Source: Eledone cirrhosa
Lineage: Eukaryota
Direction of reading: 5' to 3'
Length of the DNA stretch: 64,000 nt
Assembly: GCA_964016885.1 (NCBI GenBank)
Contig: OZ024757.1
Span: 13,392,001 to 13,456,000 of the forward strand
Positions 39,401 to 49,400 of this stretch are shown in pieces; the stretch's first letter is position 1, and every line of letters begins with the position of its first letter. A program made the position numbers and the translations under genes. The notes under the pieces are model-generated. The model was not told the DNA's origin. It did not search any database and saw nothing but the letters and a program-made list of their open reading frames with translations.

Positions 39401-39490
39401 ATACATCTATGGGAGGAGATACATTAGTTTTATGAGGAGACTTCAGGCAGACATTACCAGTTATTCCGAGAGGAACAAGAGGAACCAGTG
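36430..39490 (+). pseudogene. Helitron Rep/Helicase (RepHel) pseudogene, internally deleted and 3'-truncated
   Basis: Motifs in order across broken ORFs: FNYDPKHDYS..IDIGAM..MCCGVG; FKVQGQVYHNIGSLLP; YDALQYPL; LFQQFAVDMYAKIEGERL; FTCNPTW; HDIIARVF; HINVELCNSVKSIKYICKYINKG; EACYQQGFLENDEHW; PIF1-type APGVTGKTF, IIWDECTM, GDFRQTLPVIPRG. Confidence 0.95.
37298..37587 (-). mobile_element. tRNA-derived SINE with a Nin/Deu-like domain, inserted in the Helitron
   Basis: Interrupts RepHel between ..YLFMLRE and KLFQQFAVD. Minus-strand head GCGTGGCTTTGTGGTCAGGG...GTGAGTTTGATTCC. Contains AACAGCCTGCTCATGAAATTAATGTGCAAGTGGCTGAGCATTCCAC. Confidence 0.8.
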
Positions 39491-39914
39491 AAGAAAATAA
39501 AGTATGATAACAGCACAATTTGGTTGATTTTAAAACAATAATTTTAATTATGAAACATAATGATGATGATGGTGTCAACTATCATAATCTAAGAATGATA
39601 AATCAAGGGGTGAGAAGTTACATTTCATTTCTATCCATTTGGCTACAGATAGAAGTTCCTGCTCACCAAAATGTCTGGCAGTCAACTGTAAACCAATTGG
39701 TAATCCTTTGGAAGATAATCGTGTAGGGATTGTTACAGCAGGGAGTCCTGCAATGACACAAAAACAGGTTTGAAATGACAGCAGAATTTTCTAATATACA
39801 AGGGTTAATGTGAAAAAATACACACAGAGATAGCTATGACATGATCACAACTTACAGTATTTATAGCAAGACTCTTGTATGTTTCTTATATATAAACATA
39901 TCCTATATGCCTTC

Positions 39915-40148
39915 ATACATGGATGATGATCGATGGGTGAAGAAGTGCCAGGAAATGCCAGTGGAAGGAAGCCGTAGTAGAGGTAGACCAAGAAAGACTT
40001 GGGCAGAGGTGGTGAGAGCTGGTCTCAAATCACTGAGACTCATAGAGATGACGAAGGAACGCAGTGAGTGGAGAGATGCTATGCTGAGAAGGACTTGTCT
40101 AACCTATGAAAGCATGGAAAAACGGATGTAAAAACTATGATAATGATA
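39915..40148 (+). mobile_element. RTE LINE 3' end
   Basis: MDDDRWVKKCQEMPVEGSRSRGRPRKTWAEVV...RSEWR, then AGCATGGAAAAACGGATGTAAAA and an ATGATAATGAT tail. Confidence 0.85.
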
Positions 40149-40385
40149 CACCTCTTTTTCCACAAGGGCAAAGGGACATAATGTTGATGGACCAGGTCAT
40201 GAAGTTGCGAAAAGGGTTTTAACACAACTAATCAGGGACAGAATCAAGTTAGATGAAATGCAGTTCAGATATTTATGCTAGGTAGGGGTATTACTGATGC
40301 CCTCTTTTTGGTGAGACACATACTGGAGAGGTATTTAGCTAAGAGTAAGCCACTGTATCTAGCACTTGTAGATCTAGAGAAGGTA
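40149..40385 (+). mobile_element. RTE LINE RT N-terminal fragment
   Basis: IMLMDQVMK...IRDRIKLDEMQF / FMLGRGITDALFLVRHILERYLAKSKPLYLALVDLEK. Confidence 0.8.
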
Positions 40386-40622
40386 AATAGGCTGATGGTG
40401 AAAATGGGGGGGGGGGGGCAGATAATGATAAGCTAGGGGTAGGGGTGGTTCGTGGATAAGAGTGGAGTAGGGGTATAATGGTCATAGGAATTGCGGGTGG
40501 AGTGAGTGAGAGATAAGGCTACTTATAGACAGGGCTTAGATGTTGAAGGAGTACTCCCATGATTATTGGTTTCCCTGGTCTCAGCACCACAGTCTCTCTC
40601 CCTCCCCCTCTCTCTCACTACA

Positions 40623-40624
<2 letters not shown>

Positions 40625-40665
<41 letters not shown>
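40625..40665. repeat. (TA)n microsatellite
   Basis: Direct inspection. Confidence 0.95.
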
Positions 40666-40666
<1 letters not shown>

Positions 40667-41075
40667 TGTATGTATAGTATATTTGATAATATAATGTATG
40701 TTTATTTTAAAACATTTTGAAGACCATTCATCAAATATATAATACATTGCTATTCCAGAGCACTGATACAAATTCCTAATTTTTGCTGGACCAGCAACTG
40801 CTCTGCTTAATCAGCTCTTAAACATCGCTGGAATTCTATAAGATTCCTGCTTCTATAAGTCTCGACAGAAGCGAAGGGATAAACAATCTTGATAACCATT
40901 AAACGAGAAACAGCTGTCGGTTGCTTCCCTTTGTTTTTGCCAAGCCTAAGTAAGTGACATAGTCACTACTTTAAAACTCATAGCGAATGGTCTTCAAAAT
41001 GTTTTAAAGTCAACATACAGTATATTATCAAATATACTATACATACATCGCTATTTCAGAGCACTATTACAAATA
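40665..41075. repeat. Inverted-repeat element (arms ~40667-40729 and ~40984-41048) with a direct repeat and an internal hammerhead-like motif
   Basis: ATGTATGTATAGTATATTTGATAATATA...AAAACATTTTGAAGACCATTC versus GAATGGTCTTCAAAATGTTTT...TATATTATCAAATATACTATACATACAT. TACAT.GCTATT.CAGAGCACT..TACAAAT occurs twice (~40743, ~41043). Confidence 0.8.
40885..40922 (+). ncRNA. Minimal hammerhead-like motif, decayed
   Basis: AATC-TTGATAA-CCATTAAACGA-GAAACAGCTGTC-GGTT. Helix III is the palindrome ACAGCTGT; the core differs from CUGANGA at two positions and helix II is poorly paired. Confidence 0.4.
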
Positions 41076-41175
41076 TATATATATATATATACAAATATAT
41101 AAATATATTTATATATAAATATATAAATATATATAAATAAATTATACAATTATCAAAGTTGTGTTCAAATCATTT

Positions 41176-41228
41176 AATAGCTGACAATCGTTTCTTCCAA
41201 ACTCTCGTTTGGAGTCATCGGAGCATTA
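41176..41228 (-). ncRNA. Minimal type I hammerhead-like motif
   Basis: Minus strand: TAATGCT-CCGATGA-CTCCAAAC-GAGA-GTTTGGAA-GAAACGATTGTC-AGCTATTA. 7-bp helix II with a GNRA loop, GUC cleavage triplet, one core change (U4C). Confidence 0.65.
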
Positions 41229-41394
41229 TCAATGTTTGCACATATAATTAACCTCGTATTCAACTGAACAATAATATAGATACATATAAATTGATGTTGT
41301 GAGCAACAGTTTCGTATTTACAGGGTGGAATGGATGCGACATATATTTTACGAGAATTGTACAAACATTCAAATTCAAATTCAAATTAAATTAA

Positions 41395-41481
41395 AATCAA
41401 AAGCACGGAGTGGAATACATGCAACAGTTAAAACAAGGGTTGTTTTAACTGTTGCATGTATTCCACTCCGTGCTTTTGATT
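41395..41481. repeat. Perfect inverted repeat, 42-bp arms with a 3-nt GGG spacer
   Basis: AATCAAAAGCACGGAGTGGAATACATGCAACAGTTAAAACAA-GGG-exact reverse complement. Confidence 0.97.
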
Positions 41482-41509
41482 ATTAAATATATATATTTTT
41501 TTTTTTTTT

Positions 41510-41790
41510 GCGCGGGGACATAGAAATAATCGGGCTGGATACCCGATCGCGCAGTTAAACCACTGGGAGTGAAGGACCCCTAGTCCTTGTCAGAGCATTC
41601 TTCTAGGAGAAGGCATCTCAGGAAACTGGGTTAACTCCGACATAAAACCTGCGGCTCAGTAGTTACCGATGATGTTGATCTTTTCTTCTTTTCGGGTTAT
41701 AGCTGCTGTCGCTAAGAGAGTGGGATTGGCTCAGTGCACAGTCTTTCCTCACTTTAAAAATATTCTTCATGCACAGGCATTGTATGATTG
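41510..41790 (+). mobile_element. Probable RTE 5'-UTR / Ceph-domain-like interspersed repeat
   Basis: GC-richer island after a T-run containing TTCTAGGAGAAGGCATCTC...TAAAACCTGCG, reminiscent of RTE 5' regions. Recognition only. Confidence 0.35.
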
Positions 41791-42049
41791 CATTAATTAA
41801 TAATTATTAATAGTGTTGTTATTATTATTGTTATGACCATGCTGTAAAATGGAGGGGTAGAGAGGGCCCATGAGTCCAGTAAGACATCCTCTCTAGTGCT
41901 GGTGGCACGAATAAAAGTACCCAGTCCAAGCTGTAAAGTGGCACTGGTGTTAGGATGGGCATCCAACCAGTGTATTAATGCCAAAACAATTATGAGCACA
42001 ACAATATATATTCAATATTGCAAATAAAATTAAGGTTACCTTGGACGAG

Positions 42050-42502
42050 GTGATAAAAGCTGACCTTGCACACTTGCATCTCTCAAAGACAGGATTGAGA
42101 TCTTTGGCGCTATGCAATAATACAGAAGACTTAAACATACACTCAGTAGGCACCTCTTAATCCAATAAACACCCCCAACACTACCTACCACTTCTGCCCA
42201 CACCACCCGTACTCTGTAAAATTACGTTGGTATCTCAAAACACCCAGCCCACACTGTAAAGTGGTTGCGTAGGTGTCACAACGAAAAGCACCCAGTCCAC
42301 ATTGTAAAGTGGTCATGTAGGAAACATGGCAAAAAGCACCCAGCGCACACTGTAAATGTGGTTGGTGTTAGGAAGGGCATCCAGCCAGAAGCAGTCCTAT
42401 ATGAACGAGACACAGTTACCCGACCCAACTGGCTCCTAATGGGACAAACCCGTCTAACCCATGTTAGCATGGAAAATGGATGTTAAATGATGATGATGAT
42501 GA
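42050..42502 (+). mobile_element. Non-autonomous RTE-tail element with an internal 48-bp tandem array (copy 2)
   Basis: GTGATAAAAGCTGACCTTGC start; CACCCAG at 42241, 42289, 42337; same 3' end and (ATG)n tail as 35745-36256. Confidence 0.78.
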
Positions 42503-43754
42503 TATATACGTAAACAAGATTGTTATTAATCCAACCAGTCTAATCATAACTGATAACTACCCTAAATATACATACACAGACACTACACATATATACAATA
42601 AAATTACACATTCATAATTTTTTTATTTGGTTAAACATGGAAAGGACTATAAATGGGACAACCCGTCTAACCCATGGAATGTGGATCTAAAACGGCGATG
42701 ATGATGATGATAGCTCCGACCAGATACATCAACATCTCACATTCATTTTTCCATACTCTCATGGATTGAGACCATATGACACACATGCTCCAGTCTTTAC
42801 TTTACAGCTGGGTGTCTGTCTTACAAAATATTCTAATTATTCACAGTACACAGAATAACCAGACAGATACATATTTTATATTTCTAATGAAAGACACAAT
42901 ATTTCAATTAATGAAATATTTGGAGGGAATTATTAAATTACAGATTCATAAATGTTTTATTTGCTTAAACATACAGAAAAAGAAAGTAGTATTGGAAAGG
43001 ACTATAAATGCTATAAATAAGTGGAAAAGGAAGGGAAGAGCAAGGATTACTAGACGAAAGGGGGAAGGGAAGAGGGTGACAGACTCTACACCTATGTCAG
43101 AGGGGTATTTCGGCTAGGCTCTGCAGGGCAAAGGCATTTCCATGGACAATTACCAGCAACACACACTGCAACAGCGACACCACCTCACAGGATCCTTCAT
43201 CAGATGGGCTACTATTGATCTGATTTTACTGAGGAGGTTAGCAATCTGGGGTCGAAGGACGCCTCATATCTCACAGACAGTGACAAGAAGCAGCTGGACA
43301 AGCTCTGGTATTTGCTTGTCTTCCTGTCCTCTACATTGGTACCAGGGTTTGTGACTGAGGTGAGTTGGAGGTGTAGAACCTGTCACAGCATGTGATGTCC
43401 CATTTAAATTATTAATTATTTCATTATTAAGGTGACATTTGTAAACATAACAAAAGTTTCTCATATCAAATTATTTTGGAAGCCTTTAAAATTAGGTGGC
43501 TTTGTTTTATAAAAGTAGGGAACAGTATATATATATGAGGGGGGCATGGAGAGGGAAGGTTGATATAAGACTGAGGTGGAGAGGGGGGTACAGAGAGGAA
43601 AGGAGGTGGGACAATTACATGGCCAGCTGTGACTGTTTTTAGAGATATTTTATGGTTTCTCTCTATTTCATGCTTATGTAGATAATGGTGTCAAGGCAAT
43701 TAGGGATAAAACACAGCTGTTGCCTTTTATTTCTTCAGGTGAGGATTTAATGCA

Positions 43755-44190
43755 ACCATCACCAAGACTACTACCACCACACCACCACCATCACCACTAC
43801 TACCACCACCACCACCACCAGTACCACCACCAAGACCACCACTACCACTACTACTACCAACACCACTAAGACTACTACTACTACCACCACAATCATCACC
43901 ATGACCACCACCAAGACTATTACTACTACTACCCCCACTACTACCATCACCATTGCCACCACCACTACCACCACTACTACTACTACCACCACCACCACCA
44001 CTACTACTACCATCATCATCACCACCACTACTACTACTACCACCACCACCACCACCACCACCACCACTACTACCATCACCACCACCACTACTACCACCAC
44101 CACCAACACTACTATCATCACCGCCACCACTACTACTATCATCACCACCACCACCACTACTATCCCCCCCCCCACCCCCACCCCCACAAT
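43755..44190. repeat. Degenerate (CAC/TAC/CAT)n trinucleotide microsatellite
   Basis: Direct inspection. Explains the poly-G/V/T/P ORFs. Confidence 0.95.
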
Positions 44191-44309
44191 CTGTCCACAC
44201 AGTCATATGATAAAATCAATTGATTGATTTTCAAAGATCAATAAAGTACTTAATAAAGTTTTTATTTATTTAATTCTTGTTTAGTTGGATTTTTCACTGA
44301 ATGACTCAG

Positions 44310-45569
44310 TGGGTAGAGCCCATTGATGGTACCCAGGGGTAGTCAGGTGTGGTGTTAAACAGTAGACCTGGGTAGAGCCCATTGATGGTACCCAGGGGTG
44401 GCCAGGTGTGGTGTTAAACTGTAGACCTGGGTAGAGCCCATTGATGGTACCCAGGGATGGCCAGGTGTGGTGTTAAACTGTAGACCTGGGTAGAGCCCAT
44501 TGGTGGTACCCAGGGATGGCCAGGTGTGGTGTTAAACTGTAGACCTGGGTAGAGCCCATTGATGGTACCCAGGGGTGGCCAGGTGTGGTGTTAAACTGTA
44601 GACCTGGGTAGAGCCCATTGGTGGTACCCAGGGATGGCCAGGTGTGGTGTTAAACTGTAGACCTGGGTAGAGCCCATTGATGGTACCCAGGTGTGGTGTT
44701 AAACTGTAGACCTGGGTAGAGCCCATTGATGGTACCCCGGGGTGGCCAGGTGTGGTGTTAAACTGTAGACCTGGGTAGAGCCCATTGATGGTACCCAGGG
44801 GTGGCCAGGTGTGGTGTTAAACTGTAGACCTGGGTAGAGCCCATTGATGGTACCCAGGGATGGCCAGGTGTGGTGTTAAACTGTAGACTTGGGTAGAGCC
44901 CATTGATGGTAGCCAGGGATGGCCAGGTGTGGTGTTAAACTGTAGACCTGGGTAGAGCCCATTGGTGGTACCCAGGGATGGCCAGGTGTGGTGTTAAACT
45001 GTAGACCTGGGTAGAGCCCATTGGTGGTACCCAGGGATGGCCAGGTGTGGTGTTAAACTGTAGACCTGGGTAGAGCCCATTGATGGTACCCAGGGATGGC
45101 CAGGTGTGGTGTTAAACTGTAGACCTGGGTAGAGCCCATTGATGGTACCCAGGGGTGGCCAGGTGTGGTGTTAAACTGTAGACCTGGGTAGAGCCCATTG
45201 ATGGTACCCAGGGATGGCCAGGTGTGGTGTTAAACTGTAGACCTAGGTAGAGCCCATTGATGGTACCCAGGGATGGCCAGGTGTGGTGTTAAACTGTAGA
45301 CCTGGGTAGAGCCCATTGGTGGTACCCAGGGATGGCCAGGTGTGGTGTTAAACTGTAGATCTGGGTAGAGCCCATTGATGGTACCCAGGGATGGCCAGGT
45401 GTGGTGTTAAACTGTAGACCTGGGTAGAGCCCATTGATGGTACCTAGGGGTGGCCAGGTGTGGTGTTAAACTGTAGACCTGGGTAGAGCCCATTGATGGT
45501 ACCCAGGGATGGCCAGGTGTGGTGTTAAACTGTAGATCTGGGTAGAGTCTATTAATGGCCAGGTGTGGT
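44310..45569. repeat. 59-bp minisatellite, about 21 highly homogeneous copies: GGGTAGAGCCCATTGATGGTACCCAGGG(A/G)TGGCCAGGTGTGGTGTTAAACTGTAGACCT
   Basis: GGGTAGAGCC at 44311 and 44370. One unit (~44690) has a short deletion between CCAGG direct repeats. Confidence 0.97.
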
Positions 45570-45892
45570 AATTATCCTGAGTTTGTTGCGTGAAGTCACA
45601 GAGAGTACAAAACTCCCCCTGGACAGGACGCCAGTCCATTGCAGGGTTACGCCCCCTCCACCTATTCATTTCCAGCTGAGTATACTAGAGCAACATGAAA
45701 TGAAGTGTTTTGTTCAAGAACACAACACACAACCCATCCCAGGAACAGAACCTACGACATTTTGATTGTAAGTCCAACACCCTAACCACTGGGCCACACA
45801 CCTCCACAGAACTCAACCCAGTGAAGGAATCGAACCCACAACATTATGATTGTAAGTCCAATACCCTAACCACTAGGCCACGTGCCTCCACT
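45570..45892 (-). mobile_element. tRNA-derived SINE with a duplicated head and V-SINE-like 3' region
   Basis: Two heads on the minus strand (GTGGAGGCACGTGGCCTAGTGGTTAGGG...GGTTCGATTCC and GTGGAGGTGTGTGGCCCAGTGGTTAGGG...GGTTCTGTTCC), core TTCTTGAACAAAACACTTCATTTCA, and CCCTGCAATGGACTGGCGTCCTGTCCAGGGG. Confidence 0.82.
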
Positions 45893-45933
45893 CTATAGTA
45901 GTAATAGCTTAAACATAATCTATAGTGGATTCC

Positions 45934-46083
45934 TGTTAAAGTGGTTATACACAGAGAAATAAGATAAAATAGTAAAACTAAACAACTGATCCAGCTTCGT
46001 AATTACATGTTAAAGTGGTTATACACAGAGAAATAAGATAAAATAGTAAAACTAAACAACTGATCCAGCTTTGTAATTACATG
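45934..46083. repeat. 74-bp tandem duplication (2 copies, 1 mismatch)
   Basis: TGTTAAAGTGGTTATACACAGAG... at 45934 and 46008. Confidence 0.95.
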
Positions 46084-46480
46084 CTAATGGTGATTTCTCT
46101 AATTGTTTACGGCTATTAATCAGTAAAAACAGATACTTTTGATATGAAGATGTGATGAAGTGAGTACTTGGTCAGGTAAACAAGTAACGTCTTGACCCTT
46201 CACAGTTGAGGAAATTATTGATATTTATTCTAAGGATGAGAATGGACATGAATTTCAACAGTTGGACAATGAAGCTTGTGAAAGTCCGGAGGAAAATAGC
46301 GAATGGGGTAAACAAACTTGGTATGGCCCTCGCACAGCTGGTGCTGGGGTGCTTGAGATTATGTAAATCTAGATGAAGGGTGGGTAGATATATTTGCTGT
46401 GCATTCTGTCCATTTGTTGCCCACAATCATTACTCTTGGGCTGCATATGCAACTATTTATTTTGGGGCTAAGGAGCCCAG

Positions 46481-49400
46481 GTAAAGGGTAAAGTTATACA
46501 GACGGGCCCTGGTGGAGGGTAAAGTTAGACAGAGGGGCCCTGGTGGAGGGTAAAGTTAGACAGAGGGGCCCTGGTGGTGGATAAAGTTAGACAGAGGGGC
46601 CCTGGTGGTGAGTAAATTTAGACAGAGGGGCCCTGGTGGTGGGTAAAGTTAGACAGAAGGGCTGCAGTAGGGGGTAAAGTTTGAGAGAGGACTTGGTGGG
46701 GGGTAAAGTTAGAGAGAGAGGCCCTGGTGGTGGGTAAAGTTAGAGAGAGGCCTTGGTGGGGGGTAAAGTTAGAGAGATGGGCCTTGTGGGGGGTAAAGTT
46801 AGAGAGAGAGGCCCTGGAGAGGGGTAAAGTTAGAGAGAGGGGCCTGGTGGTGGGTAAAGTTAGAGAGAGAGGCCCCGGTGGTGGGTAAAGTTAGACAGAG
46901 GGGCCCTGGTGGTGGGTAAAGTTAGAGAGTGGCCTTGGTGGTGGGTAAAGTTAGAGAGAGGCCTTGGTGTGGGGCTAAAGTTAAGAGAGAAGAGCCCTAG
47001 TGGAGGGTAAAGTTAGAGAGACCCCTTGGTGGGGGGTAAAGTTAGAGAGAGAGAAGCCCTGGTGGATGGTAAAGTTAGAGGGGACTTGGTGGAGGGTAAT
47101 GTTAGAGAGAGGCTCTGGTGGTGGGTAAAGTTAGACAGAGGGGCATTGAGGGTGGGTAAGAGAGAAGCCTTGGTGGTGGGTAAGGTTAGAGAGAGAGGCC
47201 CTGGTGGGGGTAGTGTTAGAGAGAGGCCCTAGTGTGGGGGTAAAGTTAGAGAGAGGGGCCTGGTGGTGGGTAAAGTTAGAGAGAGATGCCCTGATGGGGG
47301 GGGGGGGGGGCAAAGTTAGAGAGAGAGGCCCTGGTGGATGGTAAAGTTAGAGGGGCCTTGGTGGAGGGTAAAGTTAGAGAGAGGCCTTGGTGGGGGGGGG
47401 GGGGGGTAAAGTTAGAGAGAGAAGGCCCTGGTAGAGGATAAAGCTAGAGAGAGGCCTTAGTGGATGGTAAAGTTAAAGAGAGGGGCCTTGGTGGAGGGTA
47501 AAGGTAGAGAGTGGCCTCGGTGGGCCGTAAAGTTAGAGAGAGACCGTTGTGTGGGGGTAAAGTTAGAGAGCGAGGCTCTAGTGGGAGGTAAAGGTAGAGA
47601 GAAGGGCCTGGTGTGGGATTAAAGTTAGAGAGAGAGGCCTTAGTAGGGGGTGAAGTTAGAGAGAGAGGCCCTATGGGGGGTAAAGTTAGAGAGAGAGACC
47701 CTAGTGGGGGCTAAATTTACAGAGAGGGGCCTGATAGTGGGTAAAGTTAGAGAGAGATGCCCTGAATGTGGGTAAAGTTAGAGAGAGGCCTGGTGTTGCG
47801 TAAAGTTAGAGAGAGAGGCCCTTGTGGTGGGTAAAGTTAGAGAGAGGCCTTGGTGGGGGGTAAAGTTAGAGAGAGAGGCTCTGATGGAGGGTAAGGTTAG
47901 AGAGAGGCCTTGGTGGGGGGTAAAGTTATAGAGAGAGACCCTGGTGGGGGGTAAAGTTAGAGAGAGGGGCCTTAATGGGGGTAAAGTTAGAGAGAGAGGC
48001 CCTGATGGGGGGTAAAGTTAGAGAGAGAGGCCCCAGTGGTGGGTAAAGATACACAGAGGGGCCCTGGTGGTGGGTAAAGTTAGAGAGAGGCCTTGGTTGT
48101 GGGTAAAGTTAGAGAGAGGCCTTGGTGTGGGGCTAAAGTTAGAGAGATAGGCCCTAGTGGGGGTGAAGCTAGAGTGAGGGGGCTGGTGTGGGGGTAAAGT
48201 TACAGAGTGGGGCCTGGTGGTGGGTAAAGTTAGAGAGAGAGGCCCTAGTTGGGGGTAAAGTTACAGAGAGAGGCCCTGAAGGTGGATAAAGTTAGACAGA
48301 GGGGCCCTGGTGGTGGGTAAGTTAGAGAGGGGCCTTAATGGGGGTAAAGTTAGAGAGAGAGGCCCTGATGGGGGGTAAAGTTAGAGAGAGAGGCCCCAGT
48401 GGTGGGTAAAGATACACAGAGGGGCCCTGGTGGTGGGTAAAGTTAGAGAGAGGCCTTGGTTGTGGGTAAAGTTAGAGAGAGGCCTTGGTGTGGGGCTAAA
48501 GTTAGAGAGATAGGCCCTAGTGGGGGTGAAGCTAGAGTGAGGGGGCTGGTGTGGGGGTAAAGTTACAGAGTGGGGCCTGGTGGTGGGTAAAGTTAGAGAG
48601 AGAGGCCCTAGTTGGGGGTAAAGTTACAGAGAGAGGCCCTGAAGGTGGATAAAGTTAGACAGAGGGGCCCTGGTGGTGGGTAAGTTAGAGAGAGGTCTTA
48701 ATGGGGGTAAAGTTAGAGAGAGGGGCCTGGTGGTGGGTAAGTTAGAGAGAGGGGCCCTGGTGGATGGTAAAGTTAGAGAGAGGGGCCCTGGTGGATGGTA
48801 AAGTTAGAGAGAGGTCCTGGTGGTGGATAAAGTTAGACAGAGGGGCCCTGGTGGTGGGTAAGTTAGAGAGAAGCTTTATTGGGGGTAAAGTTAGAGAGAG
48901 AGGCCCTGGTGGGGGGTAAAGTTAGAGAGAGGGGCCTGGTGGTGGGAAAGTTAGAGAGAGGGGCACGGTGGTGAGTAAGTTAGAGAGTAAATATGCAGGG
49001 TAAAGTTAGATAGAGGCAGTGGTGGGTAAAGTTAGACAGAGAGGCCCTGGTAGGGTAAAGTTAGAGAGAGGCCTTGGTGGGGGGGGGGTAAAGTCAGAGA
49101 GAGTGGCCTTGTGGAGGGTAAAGTTAGAGAGACGTGCCCTGGTGGAGGGTAAAGTTAGAGAGTGGCCCTAGTGGGGGGGTAAAGTTAGAGAGAGAGGCCC
49201 TGGTAGATGGTAAAGTTACAGGGGCCCTGGTTGAGGGTAAAGTTAGACAGAGACCCGGATGGTGGGTAAAGTTAGACAGAGGGGCCCTGGTGGTGGGTAA
49301 AGTTAGAGAGAGGGGCCTTGTTGGAGGGTAAATTTAGAGAGAGAGAGGGGCCTTGGTGGAGGGCAAAGTTAGAGAGAGGGGCCCTGGTGGAGGATAAAGT

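Noticed and set aside
43727-44227. Gly-, Val-, Thr- or Pro-rich proteins
   Set aside because: Open in several frames on both strands because it is a trinucleotide microsatellite.
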